Position numbers and translations under genes: made by a program
Source: the human T2T-CHM13v2.0 reference genome, Homo sapiens
Reading direction: 5' to 3' (one strand)
NCBI RefSeq assembly: GCF_009914755.1
Contig: NC_060925.1
DNA: 64,000 bases
Notes under the pieces: generated by a model
Database searches by the model: none
What the model was told of the DNA's origin: nothing
What the model saw: only the letters and a program-made list of their open reading frames with translations
In this document: piece after piece, positions 60,111 to 64,000 of the stretch
Numbering within the stretch: the first letter of the stretch is position 1
Layout of the letters: every line of letters begins with the position of its first letter

Positions 60111-60649
60111 AGTTAATTAATTAAGTAATGAAGTAATAAATGAATGAAATAAATTAAAGTCTATCCATATGACAATGATGAGAGTGTGCCACAAACTAAG
60201 AATTGCAACTAAACTAAATCTGAACTTCTGGAGATTAATAGCAATTGTAAATGTATTTATTAAAAATGGGCAGGAGGACTCCATAGGACTATCTTGAGAA
60301 GAAATGTCCATGTTCTGCCAATAAGTAAATTAATCAAATGTTTAGCGCTAGTAGGAATTTGACAGGGAACCATATAGAATATGATTGGCAAGGTTGGATG
60401 AGAAGACACATGGAAGATATTTTCTTATTTAAGCAACAGGAAGAATAAAGAGAAAAATATGTAAATATATGTATATATAGTACACTCAGGGAAGTAAAAG
60501 GAATTAAAATGGCTAGAACAAAGGGAGCAAGTCAGATAAATGCAAGATATGAATGTAGGAAGTTAAAAAGAAGCCCATGTAAGTTAAAAGAACTTGAATA
60601 GAAGCTAAGAAATATATTAATAAATAGTGACAATAACTTATCAAGAGGA

Positions 60650-60815
60650 ACTATTTACTAATAAACCCTGGGCACTATGCAGAGCACATAGCCATAATCC
60701 CCACCTCCATTATACAGATTAGGGGACTGAGGCATTTGCCCAAAGTTGTACAAATCATAAACAATGGAACTGCTCCAGGCAGTCTAAGCCTGGAGCCCAC
60801 ACAATTTACCCTAAC
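60650..60815 (-). mobile_element. MIR
   Basis: ctccattatacagatttaggggactgaggc..ttgcccaaagttgtaca MIR core. Confidence 0.7.
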
Positions 60816-61044
60816 TTATATTACACACATCAAATTTACTTTATATTTGTTATTACATATTTTTTCTGATTATAACACACACTTAAACAGATTATAAAAT
60901 GTATTACCATAGCTAAACAGACATTCTAGAAACTTTCTGGATACAATTTATTTACACAAGAAACAATGGTTAACAATTTAAGTTTCAATTAATTTAGTAG
61001 TTAAATATTATTTCATAAGACTTTATCATGTGTTAAGTATCATA

Positions 61045-61240
61045 GAAGTGGGTGTGATCGACATGGAAATGTGGCACCCAGATTCTCCTTCATCAGTAAC
61101 AGCTGGATATTCTCCAGCTGCCAGCTGCTTCAATGTCTGCCTTAGCTGCAAATAGCCACCTTGTGTGAGGTCACACCTCTCCCAGGACAGCCTACAACAC
61201 AAAGTTTGTATCAGTGTCCACTTCTAGAGAATCCAACCAG
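61045..61240 (+). mobile_element. LTR16-like ERVL LTR fragment
   Basis: cccagattctccttca..ccagctgccagctg..gaggtcacacctctcccaggacagcc..tctagagaatccaacc. Confidence 0.55.
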
Positions 61241-61490
61241 AGGCATTAGCAATTACCTTTTATTAGATGCCTATTAATTTCATAGTAACTCTACCTGATC
61301 CAAAACCAAGCAACTAGCTATGGTTAAACTGGCAAATATAGAGGAAATTGTTTTACCACAAACAAAGTTTTAAAAGTAATTCAGGATTCTGCATCTGGCA
61401 ATATAGTAGACCAGATGTCCCATGAAACTCTTCCCCCCACCCTAAAGGAAGCACCTAAAAAAAGTTGAATAAATTATTACACATACGTAA

Positions 61491-61498
61491 ACACACAC

Positions 61499-61538
<40 letters not shown>
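61491..61538. repeat. (CA)n microsatellite
   Basis: About 19 perfect CA units. Confidence 0.95.
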
Positions 61539-61539
<1 letters not shown>

Positions 61540-61910
61540 CTTTTTAAAACATGCATGGCTTAGCAAAAAAGTAAGGGAAGTCCTTAGAAGCCAGAAAAGA
61601 AAATAAGAATCCAGAGAAATAAGCTATCACTGAAGCTACTGTTCACCCCGGTGCTATCTGTCAATTTTTGCTGATAAGGAATTTCTGTTTTGACAGGCCA
61701 GAAACCTTCCAAAGAAATCTCCTACAAAAAGCTCCACAGAAATTCCCCACAGAAATCTGCCACAAAAACCAGGGTCCCTAAAGGCAACATCATCATTGCA
61801 TGAACTAAGAAAATTCTTTCTTACAGCAGAAATAGATGTTACAGGCACTTAGCTGTCTTGTCATAGTTCGGAGCGGTATGGAAGGGGAGACAGAGAGACA
61901 TAATGAGACT

Positions 61911-62324
61911 TATAATTAGTTTGCTAGGGCTGCTATAGCAAAATAACATAGATTCTGGGAGCTTAAAGGTAAATGTATTTTCTCATTTTTCTGGAGGCCA
62001 GAACTCCAAATCAAGGTGCAGTAGGGCTGATTTTTCTTGAGGCACCTCTCCTTGGTCTGCAGATGTCTGGTTACTCACTGTGTCCTCATATCATCTTTCC
62101 TCTGTGCATACGGGTCCCTGACATCTCTATATGTGTTCAAAATTACTCTTCTTACAAGAACACAAGTCAGATTGGAATAAGGTCCACCCTAACAACCTCA
62201 TATTAACATAATCACCTCTTTTAAGACCCTCTCTCTAAATACAGTCACATTCGGAGGTACTAGGGGTAAGTGCTTCAACATATAAATGTCAGCGGGTGGA
62301 GAGAGACACCATTCAGGATACAAC
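61911..62324 (-). mobile_element. MaLR MLT1A/B-like LTR
   Basis: attagtttgctagggctgctatagcaaaataac, cagattggaataaggtccacccta, cagtcacattcggaggtactaggggt. Confidence 0.85.
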
Positions 62325-62339
62325 ACTTGTTAGCAACAG

Positions 62340-62935
62340 GTCTGAAATCACTGACTAATTTCTCATCTCTTATACTTTCTTTAACCAATTCCACCTCTCC
62401 ACCTAATCAGCAATTTTTCAAGGTCACTAGTGACCTCTACACATAGCAAAATGCAGATATCGGTTATCAGTGCTCATCGTACTTATTCTATCAGCATTAG
62501 GCACAGTTGATCATTTCATCATGTTTGAATCACCTTCTTTACTTGACTTCCAGGAAACTCCAGAGACTCCATTTTCTTGATTTTCTTCCTACCTTCCAGG
62601 GTACTCCTTCTGAGTAACCTCAGCTGGCTCTTTCTGCTCTACTCTTAAAATAGTCCTCTTTTGTAGCAACACTCAAAATGTAACCCAAGTATATGTCCAG
62701 GATTGCCAAATTTATATTTCCAGCTCAATCCATTTCCCCAAACTCATATATTAATTAAGCTGTCTACTCAATATTTCTACTTGGATCTCTATCAGACATC
62801 TGCAACCCAGCATATCGAAACTTAAATTCCTTGTTCTCTTCCCTGAAACCTCCTTTCCATGTTAGCTGATGTCAAATCTATTCTTCTCATGGTTCAGCCA
62901 AAATCATGTTGTTATACCTGAATCCTCTTTTAACT
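62340..62935 (+). mobile_element. L2 LINE fragment
   Basis: aaggtcactagtgacctc, cagcattaggcacagttgatca, ttttcttcctacctt, ctgtctactcaatatttctacttggat. Confidence 0.7.
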
Positions 62936-64000
62936 TGAGTGCATATTAATATTATTGTTTAAAGTTCTTCAAGTAGTAAAAATGTTTTACCAGAATAAGA
63001 GAGAAAAAAGAAAAAAATGCTTGCAATGAACATGTTCAGTTGACACTAGCAATAGTGACCTAAGATATTTAAACTTGACTTCAAATTAAAATTTATTTTC
63101 AACCAAGATGCAGTGAAACAAATCAAAACAAAACTTTAAGTAAAAAAATGGAAATATTGAACCCAAACTGAACTCCATCCATTTATCAATCTACAAAAAT
63201 AGCAACAAAGTATTTCACATCATTGAAAGTACTGTGATGTGCAGTCTTCTATTCTAAGGCATGACCTTTAATTAGATATTACTGCAAAAACTGCCAGATT
63301 GGATCCCTAGGGTGAGTGATGTATAGTGACACAGAAGGAAGTATTGGAAAGGAAATAAACACCCACTCTCTTCTTCCCATCACCTTATCGTGTCTGAAAA
63401 AGGAGGTACTCTGATCTACCTGCTAATTTCCCCATGCCTATCCTTTCTTCTCCCAATTAATTCTAATTATGGCATTCAGGATTCCATAAAAATTTAGAAT
63501 TAGTTTTAAGTCACAGTAAAGTTTGTCATCACAGAGCTTCTTAAAGTTCGATTAAACCTCAAGCTCCACTGACGAGATACTTAGAAGTTTTTGCTTATAA
63601 CTGTATGATCAGCACCTAATTCAAAGTGAATGCTCACTAATATATACTGAATTAAAAGTTACTCTGCAGTGGTTACTTCTAACACCCTGTTAGCATCCAA
63701 AGTTGACAACTATCAGCATGCAGAGGTTGGCAATCTGTGGATTCTGCCATCTGGCATCTATGCTGAGAAACAGAAACTCCCAAATAACCTTGCTCCAAAA
63801 AGGAACACATTTGTTAATTTTAAAATGCATGCTTCTGATTTGCTGGGGATAATATGAATAATCTAGCACACTATGATATCGCTTTATTTCCTCAACCAGA
63901 CTTAATTATCGTACAATTTTTCAACAAGAATATTCATTTGGACTTTTAAGAAAAAAATGAACAACTCTTACGTTAACTAAGCTCTCTTTTGCCTTGCCTC

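Overview
AT-rich, CpG-depleted, repeat-rich primate (human-like) genomic DNA lying entirely inside KCNT2 (Slick/Slo2.1/KNa1.2 sodium-activated K+ channel), transcribed from the minus strand. Seven coding exons (exons 2-8; 80, 100, 49, 60, 75, 84 and 95 nt; all GT-AG) were reconstructed by hand. They splice into one open frame of 543 nt, about residues 32-213 ([18 protein letters not shown]...[15 protein letters not shown]), covering the N-terminus and S1-S5. Exon 1 and exon 9 lie outside the window. The rest is intron, filled with Alu, L1, L2, MIR, MamSINE1, MaLR/ERV LTRs, DNA transposons and microsatellites. There is no prokaryotic-type system, CRISPR array, rRNA or intact tRNA. The most interesting observations are hypotheses about RNA processing: (i) exon blocks 4-8, 2-8 and 2-3 would back-splice into stop-free circular ORFs and are flanked by inverted repeats; (ii) a candidate 92-nt poison or relic exon sits in intron 3, where the paralogue KCNT1 carries an extra 19-aa segment; (iii) cryptic splice signals lie near exons 2 and 5. 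Exon numbering, protein identity and repeat subfamily names come from recalled reference and consensus sequences, not from a database search.
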